This document shows, piece by piece, positions 41,661 to 56,561 of a DNA stretch of 64,000 nucleotides. The translations under genes and the position numbers were made by a program. Numbering within the stretch: position 1 is the first letter of the stretch; each line of letters begins with the position of its first letter. The notes under the pieces were generated by a model. The model made no database searches. It was not told the origin of the DNA and saw nothing but the letters and a program-made list of their open reading frames with translations. This stretch comes from the human T2T-CHM13v2.0 reference genome, Homo sapiens: assembly GCF_009914755.1 (NCBI RefSeq), contig NC_060940.1. The stretch is one strand, 5' to 3'.

Positions 41661-43049
41661 ATATTTAAAGCACTCACTCATAGAAAGATAACATCACAAG
41701 TTCTTTATACCCAGAAAGGAATTCAGATTTGACTGATCCAGTGCTTTGCAATCTTGCATCTCCATGAACAAAGGTAGTAATAGACCTAGGGACAATCTAT
41801 AGCTTTTAAGGATTTAATTCTTAAAAATTGTTTGCAACATAAGCTGGCAAAACTAACAATTATATATTTCTTATTTTGTCTTAAATTATACCAGTACACT
41901 GAGCTCTTCCTGCTGATCAAAAGCTTTAACTGACAAATGCATATTTAAATATGTATAAATATACATATATACTTCATATATTTAGATATAGCATATATCT
42001 ATATCAGTATATATATTTATATTATATATGCACACATAAACTTATTTTATACCACTCATAGGAGTTCAAGATATAATGTTGAACAAGATATAAGCAACAG
42101 TCCTGGCTTTCAGATTAGGGGGTACAAAGAAGTACATGGTTACACCAAAAGGTACATAGATGGACGGGGAAATAAAATGATTAGGACATTGTGCTATTGG
42201 GGCACATACATAATGCTGCTAACCAAGTCCTGGGTTTATGGAAGAAGCAATATCCAAGTGAAAACCAGAAATATAAGTAGAAGTTAGACAGGGAAAGGAG
42301 AACAGAGGGTTTTCCGAGCATAAGTAATAGCACAATGCAGATCATAAGTGAAGGAGAGAATGTTGAGAATGAAGGAAGTTGAGGCCCAATATGGTCATAG
42401 GCAGTATCCAATAGAGCATGATGCTTGGAGTTCATGCCACTGTGAATGTCTGAAGGAATCTCACATGTTGAATGGAGACCCTAAAGAAGGGATACCAGGT
42501 AGTGCTAATGAAAGGCTATATTATAATCCTCCATTGGCCATGTGATTTTTAGGCCAAGGATGCCTGAATTGCCTAGGGCTATGTGTAATGGTCATCCCTG
42601 GAAAACAGAAGGAAGATGAAGGCTATTCATAGTGTCAGAACCTTGGCTAAATTGTCAGGTTTCAGCAAAGAGTTCTATCTGCAGGGAGTCACAAAGCTTA
42701 TCCATAAACAGAATCAAGGGAACTCATCAAATTTATAGAGAAAATATAGAACTGTGGCAAGGTGAACATGTGAGCTGATAGAGCTATGCCAGGGTACCCT
42801 AGTTGTAGGCTTGGAGTACCATGGTGAACTCTAGAGATGGTTTGATTGGAGGAGAGAGTCATAGGATAAGATTCAGATGTGGTCTGTTCAAAGAGATTAT
42901 CTAATACCTCTCATTTCTTATGATTGTGTGGCACCGTCAGGGTACTAGTAGAATCAAACTTGTTAGTTTTGATCATTTAAGGGGTTTACTTTCAATTGAA
43001 GAATCATACATCAGATATTACAGCAGGGTGTGATAATTAGGATTCATGA

Positions 43050-43050
<1 letters not shown>

Positions 43051-43097
<47 letters not shown>
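43051..43097. repeat. (TG)~23 microsatellite
   Basis: Direct reading. Confidence 0.97.
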
Positions 43098-43100
<3 letters not shown>

Positions 43101-43696
43101 ACCACTGTCCCTGGATCATGTATGTGAAGCATTCAATAATATTCTCAATGAATGTAATATTCAGTAATTATATTGTTTGAGAATATGCTTACTAATAATT
43201 TAGGATACACTTGTTTCTTGTCTACTGCCCAGTATGCTGGAATTGGTTTTTTTTTTCTTTATATTGCTTCCTTCACCTGCTTTTAATTCTAAGAGTTATT
43301 CTGATTGGATCCAGTCACAAATTGTCACTGTCTATCCTACACTATATACAATTAAGACCGGCACCATGTTTTTAATGTATGATTCTCCATCTTATGTGGC
43401 TGTTCATGTACTGGTACTAGTTATCCAGTACTAATTCCCCGAGCCTCCAAATATTCTATCCGGGATTTAATATCTCTTTGTTTTACTGTTTCCTTCTAGG
43501 TTTCCGCAGCTCTGCTTCCTGATATTTCTCAGTGTTCTTCATCTTTTCTTCCTTCTTTCTTGCACTCAACAATACTTGTCTGGCCAAAGTTTTTGCCTGG
43601 AGATGCCAGTTTCCTTGCAACCTATCAGATCAAATCTTCAATGCCACAAGCCAGTGGGAATCTGATACTTATGGAATTCTTGAGATATATTAAATA

Positions 43697-44019
43697 AGTT
43701 GTCCTTCGGCATTCATAGGGGATTGGTTTCACTGCCCCCTCAAACACACCAGAATCCTCAGATATTCAAGTTTCTCATATAAATTAGCAAAGTAGCTGCA
43801 TATAACCTACACAAATCCTCCCATATACTTTGTCATCACTAGATTGCATATGGTACCTAACACAATGTAAATGCTATGTAGTTGTTATGCTGTCTTGTTT
43901 GTATTACTTTTATTGTTGTATTGCTATGTTTTATTGTTTTTATTTTTTTTTCAAATATTTTTGATCTGCATTTGGTTGGGTCTGTGAATGCAAAACCCAT
44001 AGACAGGAAGGGCTGACTG
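43697..44019 (+). mobile_element. MER2/MER2B (TcMar-Tigger) DNA transposon
   Basis: AGTTGTCCTTCGG start, GCATATAACCTACAC, GGGCTGACTG end, flanked by TA. Confidence 0.88.
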
Positions 44020-44324
44020 TATTTCCAAAAGTCTAAGAAGATGCTACGTTGCTGAAGACAGGAGCAAAGATGTTAGCCAGCACTTTCAAGGGCTTATCAT
44101 TGAGCAGAATTATATCAATTCAGCAATGAGCAATAGATACTTTTAACTAAACTACATGTTTAGGTTAATTAAAATGTAGAGAGAAAAATCTTATAAGATT
44201 ACTTCAAATCTCATTGAAAATACTTCAAAGCTACCCAGTGATTTTGGGGTATTCTTTGATATAATCTACAATGCTCTGCACAATGTTGCCTCTCTCTGAG
44301 TTTGTCCTTCCCCAAATCTTTCTT

Positions 44325-44365
44325 GTGTGTGTGTGTGTGTGTGTGTGCATGCGTGCGCATATACA
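44325..44365. repeat. (TG)n plus mixed alternating purine-pyrimidine tract
   Basis: TGTG...GCATGCGTGCGCATATACAC. Confidence 0.9.
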
Positions 44366-46317
44366 CTCATTCTTCCTTAGATCATTAATACACTGGCCTT
44401 CTCTGTTTTCTTGAACTCATAATTTTTGGCCCACAGAACTTTTCTAATGATGTTTCTCTACCATACTCTCGTCAATCATTTTCGCCTCCAGGGCAGAATT
44501 CAAGATTTGCCTAGGTAGGCCATTCCTAACAAGGTCAAATTCATTCAACACAAACTGAGCACCCACTATGTGCCATGTCCTGTCCTAGAAATTGGCCTAT
44601 AGCAGTACACAAATCATCTCACTCTTGAACATCACTTATCACTGGTGCAATTTAATTTCTATCAGCATAATGCTTTAATAATTACTATCTTTTTCATTTT
44701 CCTGGTCTCTAAAGCTGGGAAGCATGGTTGTCTTTACTGACTTTTTGAATTGAAGCTCACAGCAGTTTAATACCCACTATTGGTAGACTGAGTAAATGAA
44801 TCAAAGTACGATTCAATACCACAAGAGTGGAAGAATAAAACACATCTTTGGTTTTGACAAGCATAGGAATTACTACACATCCTCATTCACGAGTAAAACA
44901 TGTACCGATTTATAAGCCCCCCTTTTAAGCTGATAGAAAGTAAGACAAAGCACAAAAGCAGTATTATACACAGAATACACACCTAGAGATAAGAAGAACA
45001 TTCATCACAGCTTAGCCATGTGAAAAGCCCAGCCTAATTTGATCAATGAGGTCCATCAGTCTAGACCTCTTGGAGTCCAAAGTATACTTTGGGCATTAAA
45101 TCATCAGTTTATTGTAATGTTGATCAAATTTACCATCAAAATGCCAAATTGGCCCTTCTCTGCATTCAGCCAACATCTCTGCTCTCGATATGACCAAAAA
45201 ATTAATAGTTCTTAAAGATAGTGTAAGGGAAGAATGAATTTTCTTTACCTTTCCATAGCTGTCTAATCCTCACGATTGTCTGTAAAAGTTGCAGAATTAT
45301 TTCATTTTTTAATGAATGGAAAGAAGAGTCGTTGCTGGCTAATAGTGGAAAGCCAGTAATTATTTGAAAAGAGCAATCAATAAGGCATGGAGAGGGGATC
45401 GAGAGAGCTGAATTCTAGTCTCTGCTCTGTTACCATAGCCTTAAAATTTTCTTGTCAGTTTCTTTACCAAAGGGTTAACTTAACATGTTAAGTACTTTTA
45501 TAGCTCTTATTTCAACAATTCCAGATAAACCTTTGTTGCTTTTAATTTGAAAACTTTCAGAACATTTGCCCTCCTAGAATTGAGAATCCTTATTTTAAAA
45601 AAAACCAAAAAGTTAGGGGTCTTCCCTGGGTCTGATTTTATACAATTAAATCAGAAACATTATTTTAGTGGTAAAATTATTCTATTGGTCCAGTCTTTCA
45701 TAAAACAGTTTTAAATAATTTAGTATTTATATGTATATTATGGTTTCATGTTGCAAAACAGACAGCGAGGAAGTTCAGAAATTTTGAAATAAAAAAAGTC
45801 ACTTGCACTATCATTAAGTTTATTTCCCATTCTCATTACTATCACTGTCAAAATAATAGGTTCAATTTGTGTTATGTTCTCATTACAACCTTGAATGAGG
45901 CATCAGAATTTTAATGCCTCATTTTTTCAAAGAATTAGAGATCATCCTGTATTACATTGACATTTTCAATATTCCATATAAATGGACTGCTAGAAACCAC
46001 CTTTGAGAAAATGTGTTTATACCCACTTTTACCCTCACATTAACTTTTTTCCTTCTTTAATCAGGGAAGGGAGCAGGAGAAACTGTCCATCAGACAGATA
46101 CAAGTTCTGGAAAGGTCATAGTATCTGTGTGTGTAAGCACATATTTATATATACACATGTAAACATACACATATATAACAGTGAACACACATACAAAATA
46201 TTAAATATACATAACTTTTTATAATTTAAATATACTGGCACCTTAGTAATTACAACCTAAAGCTCAGAACTCATTCAAAATATAAAGTTCCAATTTATCA
46301 GATTAGGCTTTCTGGCA

Positions 46318-46470
46318 TTTTTATTATTATTATTATTATTTTTAGAGAGATAGGGTCTCGCTCTTTTCCAGGCTGGTTTTGAATTCCTGGGCTCAAGCAA
46401 TCCACTTGCCTCAGCTTCCCAAATCCCAGAATGCTGGGATTGATTACAGGAGTGAGCCACTGTGTGTGGC
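46318..46470 (-). mobile_element. FLAM (free left Alu monomer) with (TTA)n tail
   Basis: Single monomer: AGGGTCTCGCT...CCAGGCTGG...CCTGGGCTCAAGCAATCC...GAGCCACTG. Confidence 0.88.
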
Positions 46471-48211
46471 CAGGGTAAGTTTCTTCTTATTCTCACTTAT
46501 GAAATACAGACTGAAGCTGGGCTTCAGTATTTGTAGCAGATTACTTACAATGTCCTCACTACAATAATGTGATTGTCTGATTTTCCATGTTTGTGATTTA
46601 GAGAAGTAACTTGTTTGAATCTACTATAATAACATAAATAATAGAAATTATCTAAAATTTATTCAGAATTTATTAAGTGCCATCAATAGTGTAAGCAATG
46701 TACTTTTATTAAAACATTCTCATTAGAACCCAAGGTGTCATTGATATCTACAGCATGTGGGTGAAAAAACTGAGTCACAGAGATGTGTATCCACTGTCCA
46801 AGGCCTCCAGCCAAATTGATGGAGCCAGAAATAACTTAAATAATTTTACAATGAAATAGGATAAAATATTCCTATAACATATTTAGTATAACAACGCTAA
46901 AAATTATAGCCAAAGAATTAATTCATTTTATTGAAAAGTCTATTTCAAGATGTGACTTCATCATACTAATGTAATTCTGTTTAAATTTTATTATACTATA
47001 ATTTTAACATACTATGTTTATTATTGTTGATTTTATTAAAATAAATACTATAATTTACAATAAGATAGATGGAAAGAAATCACATTTATAGACCTTTAGC
47101 CTCCTGATCACTGGGTTAACCATAAAATCCATACTTGGGTAAGTCAGAAATGTTTGTCTTAGGGTCATGTCTCACTGCAATCAAATTCAGATCCAAGGGT
47201 TGTTTTATTATTATAATTTCTCCCCTAGATCGTAAGTAGTATTCTGGACAGATGTTACTGCAAATTATAGTAAAACCACAATAAAAAGAACCCTTAGGAC
47301 TAATTTTTAGTAAGACTAAATATTTGTCATCATTAAATTAGATGTAATTTATATATTTGCTTGCAGAATTTCTTTGTTCTTGGTTATACCTTGAAAAAAA
47401 AGAAGTGGGGTGGGTGCTAGAGGGGGTCATTTGTATATGTTGAATTATTTTAAGTGCTTCTCTAGTTCCATATTGAAGAACATCAATATATTTTTGTTGT
47501 TAAAAATCATTCAGCTCAAAATTGTATACTTCAAACAATGATTTAGTCGTGCCTGATTGCACATTCTCTCATTAAAACTTTAAACTAAATTGAACTTTCT
47601 TCTCCACTCTAACTAATACACACATGCATATTCTACAGACAACTAAAACAGATTTTCAAGTTTTAATGTAGATTTTAAAGACTATAATTTTCTGTATCTT
47701 CATTGTGGATTTTGAGGGTTTAATTGCTATGTTATGGCTGCACTTATCAGAAAGCATTGAAAAGTGTTAATTACTTTGTACTTTAGTCAGTTATGAATGC
47801 ATGTAAAATTTAAATTTTTCCTGAGAAGCATATAAAGTCCACATTTATTATGCTACAAAAACTTATGAAATGATTTAAAATAATTAACCCAAAGGCAGTC
47901 ATACTCCATGTTTTAAACATTTGTATGGTGCATCAGATGAATCTTAGACAATTTGTTAAAAATATATATATAGTAATTTTAACAAGATCAAATCATTGAG
48001 GGGGAATGGAAAACAATGTGTATATACATGTGTGTGTATATGCATGTATGCACGTGTGTGTATGTACATTTGGTCAACAGTTTGGAGAAAAATAAGTGAA
48101 TAGAAAATAAGCATAGAAATGACTTTAAAATAATCATCTGCTCCCACCATTTTCTTGGCACCCAGATGCCAGTACCACATCCTTGTTTTTCAATCCAATA
48201 GCAAGTCCTTC

Positions 48212-48473
48212 CTAAACTAATATAGGAACAGAAAACCAAGTACAATATGTTCTCACTTAGAAGTGGGAGCAAATGAAAAGAACTCATGGACACATAGAGG
48301 AGGACAACAGATACTGGGAGGAGGGAGAGGATTGGGCAAAATAACTATTGGCTAATAGGATTAATCCCAGGGTGACAAAATAATCTGTACAACAAACCCT
48401 TATAACATGGGTTTACCTATATAACAAACCCACATATGTACCCCTGAACTTTAAAATAAGAGCTAAAAAAAAA
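48212..48473 (+). mobile_element. L1PA15/16-type 3' end
   Basis: GAACAGAAAACCAA...GGGTGACAAAATAATCTGTACAACAAACC...GTACCCCTGAAC; flanks AGTCCTTCCT / AATCCTTGCT resemble a TSD. Confidence 0.85.
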
Positions 48474-49280
48474 TAAAATCCTTGCTAATAATTTTCATAA
48501 GACGACTTCTAGTGATTGGGAACTCACTATTACCTGAGGTGGTTTTATACTATATTTAATTCAACTGCAATTATTTTAAAATGTTCTTTGTGCTTAATTG
48601 AAACATACTAAATTGTTGATTATATATGCTACAATCATTATTAAATTAAAAAAATATGTTTGTGCATCTACTATGTCTCCAGCACTGTTTTGTGAGTGCT
48701 GGGTCACAGTGATGAAAACAGGGGAAGAAAATCCTCACCTTCATGGAGATTGTGTGTAGGGGTGGAAGGGAGGTGAACTATGTGATGTTAAATGAAGATA
48801 AATAACGAGGACAAAACATTTGCCATGAAAAAGAATCTGTTCTGATTAAGACATAAACCTTGGCACTAGAGACTCTAGATGACTGCCACATAACAGTTTT
48901 GAGATTCTGGATTCTTTATCTCAGTCAAATGTTATAAGAACCACATGACCCAATACATAAACATGGTTTGACCTTACTTCTTGACTCAGCATTCAGCAGT
49001 CTTAGCTATTTTGGTGATGTTGTAATGATGGTGGTGGTAATGGAAATGGAGGGAGTAGTGGTTTACTAAGAGAAATACTATCAGGTTCATGTACTTCTCA
49101 ACATGGAGGCCTTTTAAACATTTGAGGACAAGGCTCAGTCCACTTAAAGCATCTTGACATCAAAATTTCTTGCCTCTCAGTCCTTAAATGGTTGTTTTCT
49201 ATTTCCAACATCATTATTTTCATTGTCCTCCACAAAAGCTCCATGTCTTAATTCATGTTCCCTAATTCATCATGTGTGCA

Positions 49281-49885
49281 TTTTTTGTTTTTAAAATTTG
49301 TAATTGACAGATAACTGCATAATTTAATTGTATAATTTATGATGTATAATTTATGATGTATAATGTTTTAATGTATTTATACATTTTAGAAGGAATAAAT
49401 CAAGCTAATTAACATGTCCATTACCTCACCTGCTTATCATTGCTTTTGTGGTCAAGCTGTTTAAGATATACTCTTAGCAATTTGAAATATGCAATACATT
49501 ATTATTAATTATTGTCACCATGCTGTGCAATAGACAGCTAAAACTTATTCCTACTGTTTAAATGAAACCTTGTACCGTTTGTCCAACACGTTCCTTTTCT
49601 GCATCCCCCACACCCCAGCCTCTGGTAACTGCCATTTTAATCTCTGCTTCTACAAGGTCAACTTTTTCAGATTCTACATATATGTAAGATCATGCAGTAT
49701 TTGTCCTTCTGTACATGACATATTGCACTTAGCATAATCTCCTCTCATGTAATTTCAGCACTATTCATGGTAGTCAAGATATGGAAGCCACCTAAGTGTC
49801 TATGAACAGATAAAGAAAACGTGATATGTATATAAACACAATGGAATGCTACCCAGCCTTAAAAAAGGAAATTTTGTCATTAGCA
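49281..49885 (-). mobile_element. L1MA-type element with 5' inversion (minus part 49281-49745, inverted part 49746-49885)
   Basis: Reverse L1MA 3'UTR and ORF2 end, followed by the immediately upstream ORF2 segment in the opposite orientation. Confidence 0.85.
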
Positions 49886-50741
49886 TGTATATATTTAAAA
49901 ATGAGGAAAACAAAATACAGATAAAAATTGAAAACTGACCTAAAGAAAAGAATCACAGAATAGCATTTTCAGGCCAGGTAAGAACACCTGATGGTCCCAC
50001 AGCAATGTGGAAACTTTAAGAACTATATTGAGAAGGCAAATATTCTGGCTACATATTAGGTATAGATATCTTTATTAAGTTGGCATACTGTATATTTTAA
50101 GTTCTTTCTTTCACTCACTCTCTTCCTCCCTTCTCTCTTATCTGTTTAGCTTTCAGTCAGACTTTCATATGCCATAGTTCAGTGGTATATATTTTAATTA
50201 TTCTGTCAAGTGCCATGGCTAAATTCCATGAAAAGAATGAAAAAATCCTAAATCTGATAGAGACAGAAAAGGATTTTTTCTTTATAAAGAAATAACCTCT
50301 TCTAGGTGTTTAAATGCCAAAGTAAGTCAATCAAACTATAATTGAGTCTAATTGGGACTCCCACAAGTTCTTCATCTTTCACAAAAGTACCAAAAGTTAA
50401 GAAGAGGTGAAAAATTCATCTGTGACACTAGGTATTAAAAAAATCTGATCTGCCTAAGAAAATATCTGATTCTGAATCAGAAAAAACAAATCCAAAGCAT
50501 TACCCTCATTAAATTAGAAATAACTCTACATCTTAATTCAACATATGGTACCTATCAACCCGATTTTCCAATAAATGATATAACATGATAAATAATTATT
50601 ATTATATTTAAGGAACTAAGAAATACAAAGTTGGGATCTCAATTGTGATCTAAGGGGGAAAGTACAGTGTAAACAACTTTTGATGAAAAATGCCTTTGTA
50701 CTGGAGGAATGGTAGTTCCTGCCAATTTAATATCTAAAATT

Positions 50742-50742
<1 letters not shown>

Positions 50743-50788
<46 letters not shown>
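50743..50788. repeat. (GT)~23 microsatellite
   Basis: Direct reading. Confidence 0.97.
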
Positions 50789-50790
<2 letters not shown>

Positions 50791-51254
50791 TTCCATCTAA
50801 AACACATACAGCCTCCTGGTTTGATATAGTAAGCACACAAACACATGGAAGGCAAGAGTTCCTGTTTCTACTCTGAGCCTTGGGATTCCTCCAAATATAA
50901 AACAATACAAATTCATTTGCAGGGTGAAGTTCTTTGAGATTGCATAGAACTTGTGATATCTGTGATTTGAAAACGCATGTTTGCTCAAATGGGTGCTATC
51001 AATGAATATCCTGCTATCTAATTGGATACTTTCTATTCTTATTTGAATCCTCATCTCTACAATATGACTTTGTAGTGGGAGAATACATCAGAGATTGCAC
51101 CAAATTAACACAAAACCAGGGAGGAACTTGCCAGAGGGAGTGGTTGTGTGCCTCTGCTGAGACACAGATCTGGAAGGATATATGATGTCAATGCACTTCT
51201 TGCTGTTTCATTTTAAAAGCCAAATCTTTCCTCATAAGAAAACTTAGTTTTTAC

Positions 51255-51568
<314 letters not shown>

Positions 51569-53136
51569 TTAGTTTTTACATTCTGATAGACTCCAGCAAG
51601 AATGGTTTTAGACCTAGAAGTGACACTTTTCTTCATGAAAATAGATGTATTAAAAATGGCAAATGTGAAGTTTCTTACAATGATTAAAGTGTTGAAAGTA
51701 AGAGCTATGATAAAAGGCAACAGAAATTAGGAATATTAAACTGTAAGCAATGAGTGTTGCTAGATAGCTGAATAACTATCTACAAAGACATGTTGGTTTA
51801 TAACGCAGAATGAGGACAGTGACCCCCTTTTCAACAATCTTCATATGAGTAAACACTAAATGAATTTAAATCACCAGAGAAAGAGGAGGGGACTGATCTG
51901 TCACACTTTAAGTAGAAGAGAGAGCCATAAACACTTAGGATCTAATGGTGATCCACTATCTCTATATTTCACACAGGTGCTTCTGGTATATCCATTTGCA
52001 AGAGATTAACAAATTCACCACTGAATGTCTTTTATAATGTGGACAAGATGATCTTGGATAAGGTGATCTTTCATAATCTTAACCAAGAACTTAACTAATG
52101 CTAAGCATAAGATATGTTGGTTGCTAAACTTTTAAAAAAAAAAAAAAAAAGGAAAGAAAAAGAAATCTCATTACAAATTCTTCTAAGCACTGCAATGGAA
52201 TCAAAATCTGAGGTTGTATACAGGCCAGAAACTACCAGGAAACTGACATAAAGTTTATCCAAATATTATTTTAAACCTTAGTTTTATGGAACTTAGAAAG
52301 AGGAGTTGATCACTGCTGGATGCACAACTGCAAATATCCCTTTGCATAAGCACATTAATGATCAAATATTAGGTTACCCTTTTGTGACATTTTCTGAGCT
52401 TTAATTTTTATTTAATTGAAAGTATCTTAGAACTGCTCTAACATTTAGAAGCATGGCTCCGGGAAGGCCACACATTCTGTCTTCTTAAATACATATTTAT
52501 CCAGCAGGCTAACATTTTAAGAGACAACTATGCCAGCTGTTAACAAGATTTTATGGGTTTAATGTTGACACATGAAAATTATAATTTATGCTTTATTAAT
52601 TGTTGACAAAAGTGATGATTAACAAGAAACCAAATTAATTGTGCTTTCTCAATTAAAAAGATGTACCACAGCATACAATTTAACCAGATATTTATTTCCT
52701 CTTATCTTAGCAACATGGGATTTGCTTTTTAAAAATAAATAAAAATAAACAAATAAAACATTTTGAAGGCCTCAGATTTCTCCCTTCCTTTCTTCATATT
52801 GATTGATGAATAATCATGGAAAAATATTTAGCTCTAACTTTATGCTTCTGACACCTTTTTGTATTCTAGTCATGAAGTTAGGGATGTGATTTCTAACATT
52901 TTTCTCATTACTGGCCATGATATTTTAAAAATTAGACTGAATAGCTGAGATATCTTGTGTAATGGAAATATAATATTGCACATAGGTGTGTCCCTCTATA
53001 TGTTAATTACATAGTTCACATTGTATCTTAATATGTACATTGAATAGCCAGATATATTAAGTATGACTTTCTTTTTGATTCTGTTGCTGATCAGCTTAGT
53101 TATTGAGAATAATGTTTCCTAGAAACAAACACTGAG

Positions 53137-53426
53137 GGCTGGGTGCAGTAGCTCATGCCTGTAATCCCAGCACTTTGGGAGGCTGAGGTGGGCAGATCAC
53201 TTGAGGTCAGGAGTTCAAGACCAGCCTGGCCAACATAGGGAAATCCCATCTCCACTAAAAATACAAAAATTAGCCAGGCTTGGTGGTGCACGCCTGTAAT
53301 CCCAGCTACTCAGGAGTCTGAGGTGGGAGAATCGCTTGAACCCAGGAGGTGGAGGTTGCATGCAGTGAGCTGAGATCATGCCATTGAACTCCAGCCTGGG
53401 TGACAGAGCAAGACTTCATCTCAAAG
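53137..53426 (+). mobile_element. AluS (Sz/Sx) with almost no A-tail
   Basis: TSD GAAACAAACACTGA at 53122-53135 and 53427-53440. Confidence 0.95.
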
Positions 53427-54924
53427 GAAACAAACACTGAACATTGGACAACATTTGTCTTACCATGGCCCCGACACAGTGGATTGTGTCTCTAGCCCCA
53501 GTTGAATATCTTAGAAATATGTGCTATGTAAAAATGTGAGCACAGAGAGAGACAGAGATTAAGACATCACTCCAAGAGTAAATTAGCTCAATATAAGAAA
53601 GGTACATCCAGAATTTAGGAATTTCTGACAACCACAAGTCCAGAGGTGCAGGTTTGTAGAAGTGATTTATTGGAGGTTTTCTCTCAAACACTGACCCATC
53701 CCAGCATGTTTAACTTTATCAGCAATTTTAATAATTTTATTCACTTTGCATTTTACCTTATACCATATGATATACTATATGTTCTAATATAAACTTATTC
53801 TTTTGAAAAAATGTATGTCTTTCTACACAATATGACATATATTCCATAATTTTGGAATTCTGTTCTCTACTGTTTCAACTCCAGAATCTAGAAAAGTGCG
53901 TGGAACACAATAAACACGCCATAACTACTTGTTAAGTTGATTTGTTACAACAGAAAAAAGGATGAACAATGATTCTGGCATAGGGAAGTATTATAGACTG
54001 AAAAACTTTTACATCATCTTATTCTGAATCGTGAATATTGTCAGTGAAGTGTCTATAATACATTACCAATTTTTATTTCATAAATTTAATGCCATAGGTC
54101 AGAATTGCTTTTCTTTCATCTATTTTTGTCTGCAAATATGTTGAAGAAACTGTCAAAAGCAGTTCAAAAGGAGGGGGAAAACAGCCTGGTGAGGCTGTGA
54201 ATAAAATTTTCCTCATTCATGTGATCTCTTTTACTAAAAAGGTCTCCCAAGCTTGGTCCCCTGAGCCAGGCTTAATTAAAGTTATTTGCTCTTAGCTTAC
54301 ACCATGAATTGCCCCTTCTCACTTAGAGGTGGAGTCTACCACTGACAGCAGAGTTGAAATCCGGGGGCTTTACTTTCCATAGAATTTGTCCCTATGTCCT
54401 CAAATGAATTGCTTTAATTAAAATAACTTAGTGACCTTTTCTTTGCTCTCTTGGCTACAGAAATTTTCCATAACCCTCAGATTTGCCCTTGGGTTGTTAA
54501 AAATATTGCACTGAAAAAGTGCCTTTTGTTCTCCCAGAAATATCTTTTTTTGCAAACACCTCTTCTTTTTATGATGACTGTCTATTTTAGAGGAAATCTT
54601 TGATTGATACATGTTAACTCCACAGACTTAACATACTTCAAGCCTGGGCAAAAGCAAAGTTCTCCTAGGTTTGAATCTTTTGGATCTCACAAAATGATGG
54701 AGACTTGGTGGGTCTCAAAACGAGCAAGATGAAATAAATAAGCAATTATATGATCACTTATTTACAAGAAGATTTAGGATGATTTGCAATCATTGCAATA
54801 TAGCAAAACTGCATTAAAATATCCTATTTTAAATGAACAGTTCTTTTAGTGTAAGAGATATCATGGTTACTCAAAATAATAATGAGGATGGCTAGATTTA
54901 GCAGGGACTTATTATGTGTTCCTT

Positions 54925-55900
54925 CAATCAAAGGCATTTATTGAACCATATAATAGGCGAGCCAGTGTGCTTGGTGTGCAATGGAGCAGTGAACAAAACA
55001 GATAGTCTCTCCCTTTAGCAATTGTATGTTCTCATGGGATAAATAGACATTACGTTGAATATCTCATATAAAAAATATATATAGCTGTGGTAAGCTATGT
55101 AAAAGAAACAAAGAGTTATTACTACAGAACTCAACTCAAACTAGAGGTGCATGGGGGTAGAAGGAAAAATCTCCCTGAGAAAGAAGCATTTAATCTAAAA
55201 AAAAGAATTAGCTGAGTCACAACCAGCGGGAAGGAGAAAAGCATTTCAGGTAGAGAACACAGCACGTGTGAAATGCCTGAGAGGTAGCCCATTTGAAGAA
55301 TGATGAACAGCAGAAGAGTTGCAGGAAATGAGAATGTAGATCCTGCCGACCACATAAGACAGGTTACCAATGTCATGTAAAAGGATCTGTATTTGGTTCT
55401 AAGACAAATGGCAAAGCATTAATTGACACTGGTTTGTATTTTATGATAATTCTATCTTCTGTGTACAATATTGGATTAAAAGGTGCAAGAATGGCAAGGA
55501 GTCTACTGGATGAATACTTCCTGCAATAGTCCCCATGACAGCTTAGGTTTGAGGGGTTTAAAGACGAACTGAGGATTTAAAGTGCATAGAAGCACTTGGA
55601 GCATCTGTGAACACTTTACTAAAAATGACAACGATAAGGAAATCAAACTTGTGGTGAAGATGAAGTGTTCTGTTTTGAACACATTAAGCTTGGCATCACT
55701 GTAAGAGATTCAAGAGCAGATGCCAAGTGGACAGTTTTACATTTACAAACCCACACACATCTACTCAGACGTGAGTCAACAGCTGACGAGAGGGATCCAT
55801 ACTGCAGACAAAATGTTAAGAATCAATAACTTATAAATAATATTTATAGAAAATAAGACTGAGAACTATAAGCAGAAGGGTGGAAGAGCATTCATGGGTA
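54925..55900 (-). mobile_element. L2 fragments
   Basis: CATTTATTGA, CAGTGAACAAAACAGA, GCATTTCAGGTAGAGAACACAGCACGTG and further L2 motifs. Confidence 0.7.
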
Positions 55901-56271
55901 TGGAACATCATAGGAAGCAGTAACAGCAAGTTTTATAAAACGTAACTCAACTGTGTGAAATGATGTTTAGGGCTGGCGCTAGGGCTTCATCTTCCTTTTA
56001 TAAATAAATCATATAGAATTCAGGAATACTTGCCAAAATTTATGCAGTGATGAAGATTTCAAATCAGCTTATTTTTTTAAACTCTAAATTTTTATCTCAC
56101 TACGTCATGAGGATTTGAATACTAATACAAGAAAATTGAACTTATTTGCTTGTGCAGAGAGAATAATTAGAGCCTGGTCTCTTCAAGATGAGTTTATAGA
56201 TGCAAATGCATTCTTATTAGAAGGCAGCATTAGGGTCTCAACTGCCCTGAAGTGTCCACCTTCTCTTGAAT

Positions 56272-56561
56272 ATATATACACACACACACAGTCTCACTCT
56301 GTTGCCCAGGCTGGATGCAGTGGTGTGATCTCGGTTCACTGACACCTTTGCCTCCTGGGTTCAAGCAATTCTCCTGCCACAGCCTCCTGAGAGCTGGGAC
56401 TACAGGTGCCCGACACCATGCTCAGCTAATTTTTGTATTTTTAGTAGAGATGAAATTTCACCATGTTGGCCAGGTTGGTGTCGAACTCCTGACCTCAGGT
56501 GATCTGCCTGCCTTGGCCTCCCAAATTGCTGGGATTACAGGCATGAGCCACCACACCAGCC
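56272..56561 (-). mobile_element. AluS with tail replaced by a dinucleotide repeat
   Basis: Alu body 56290-56561; TSD CTTCTCT(T/G)GAAT at 56260-56271 and 56562-56573. Confidence 0.93.

Noticed and set aside
42420-42640. Faint resemblance to a retroviral pol segment
   Set aside because: No consistent reading frame or motif could be recovered by eye.
49325-49366. 14-bp tandem duplication TGTATAATTTATGA
   Set aside because: Ordinary slippage inside an L1 3' end.
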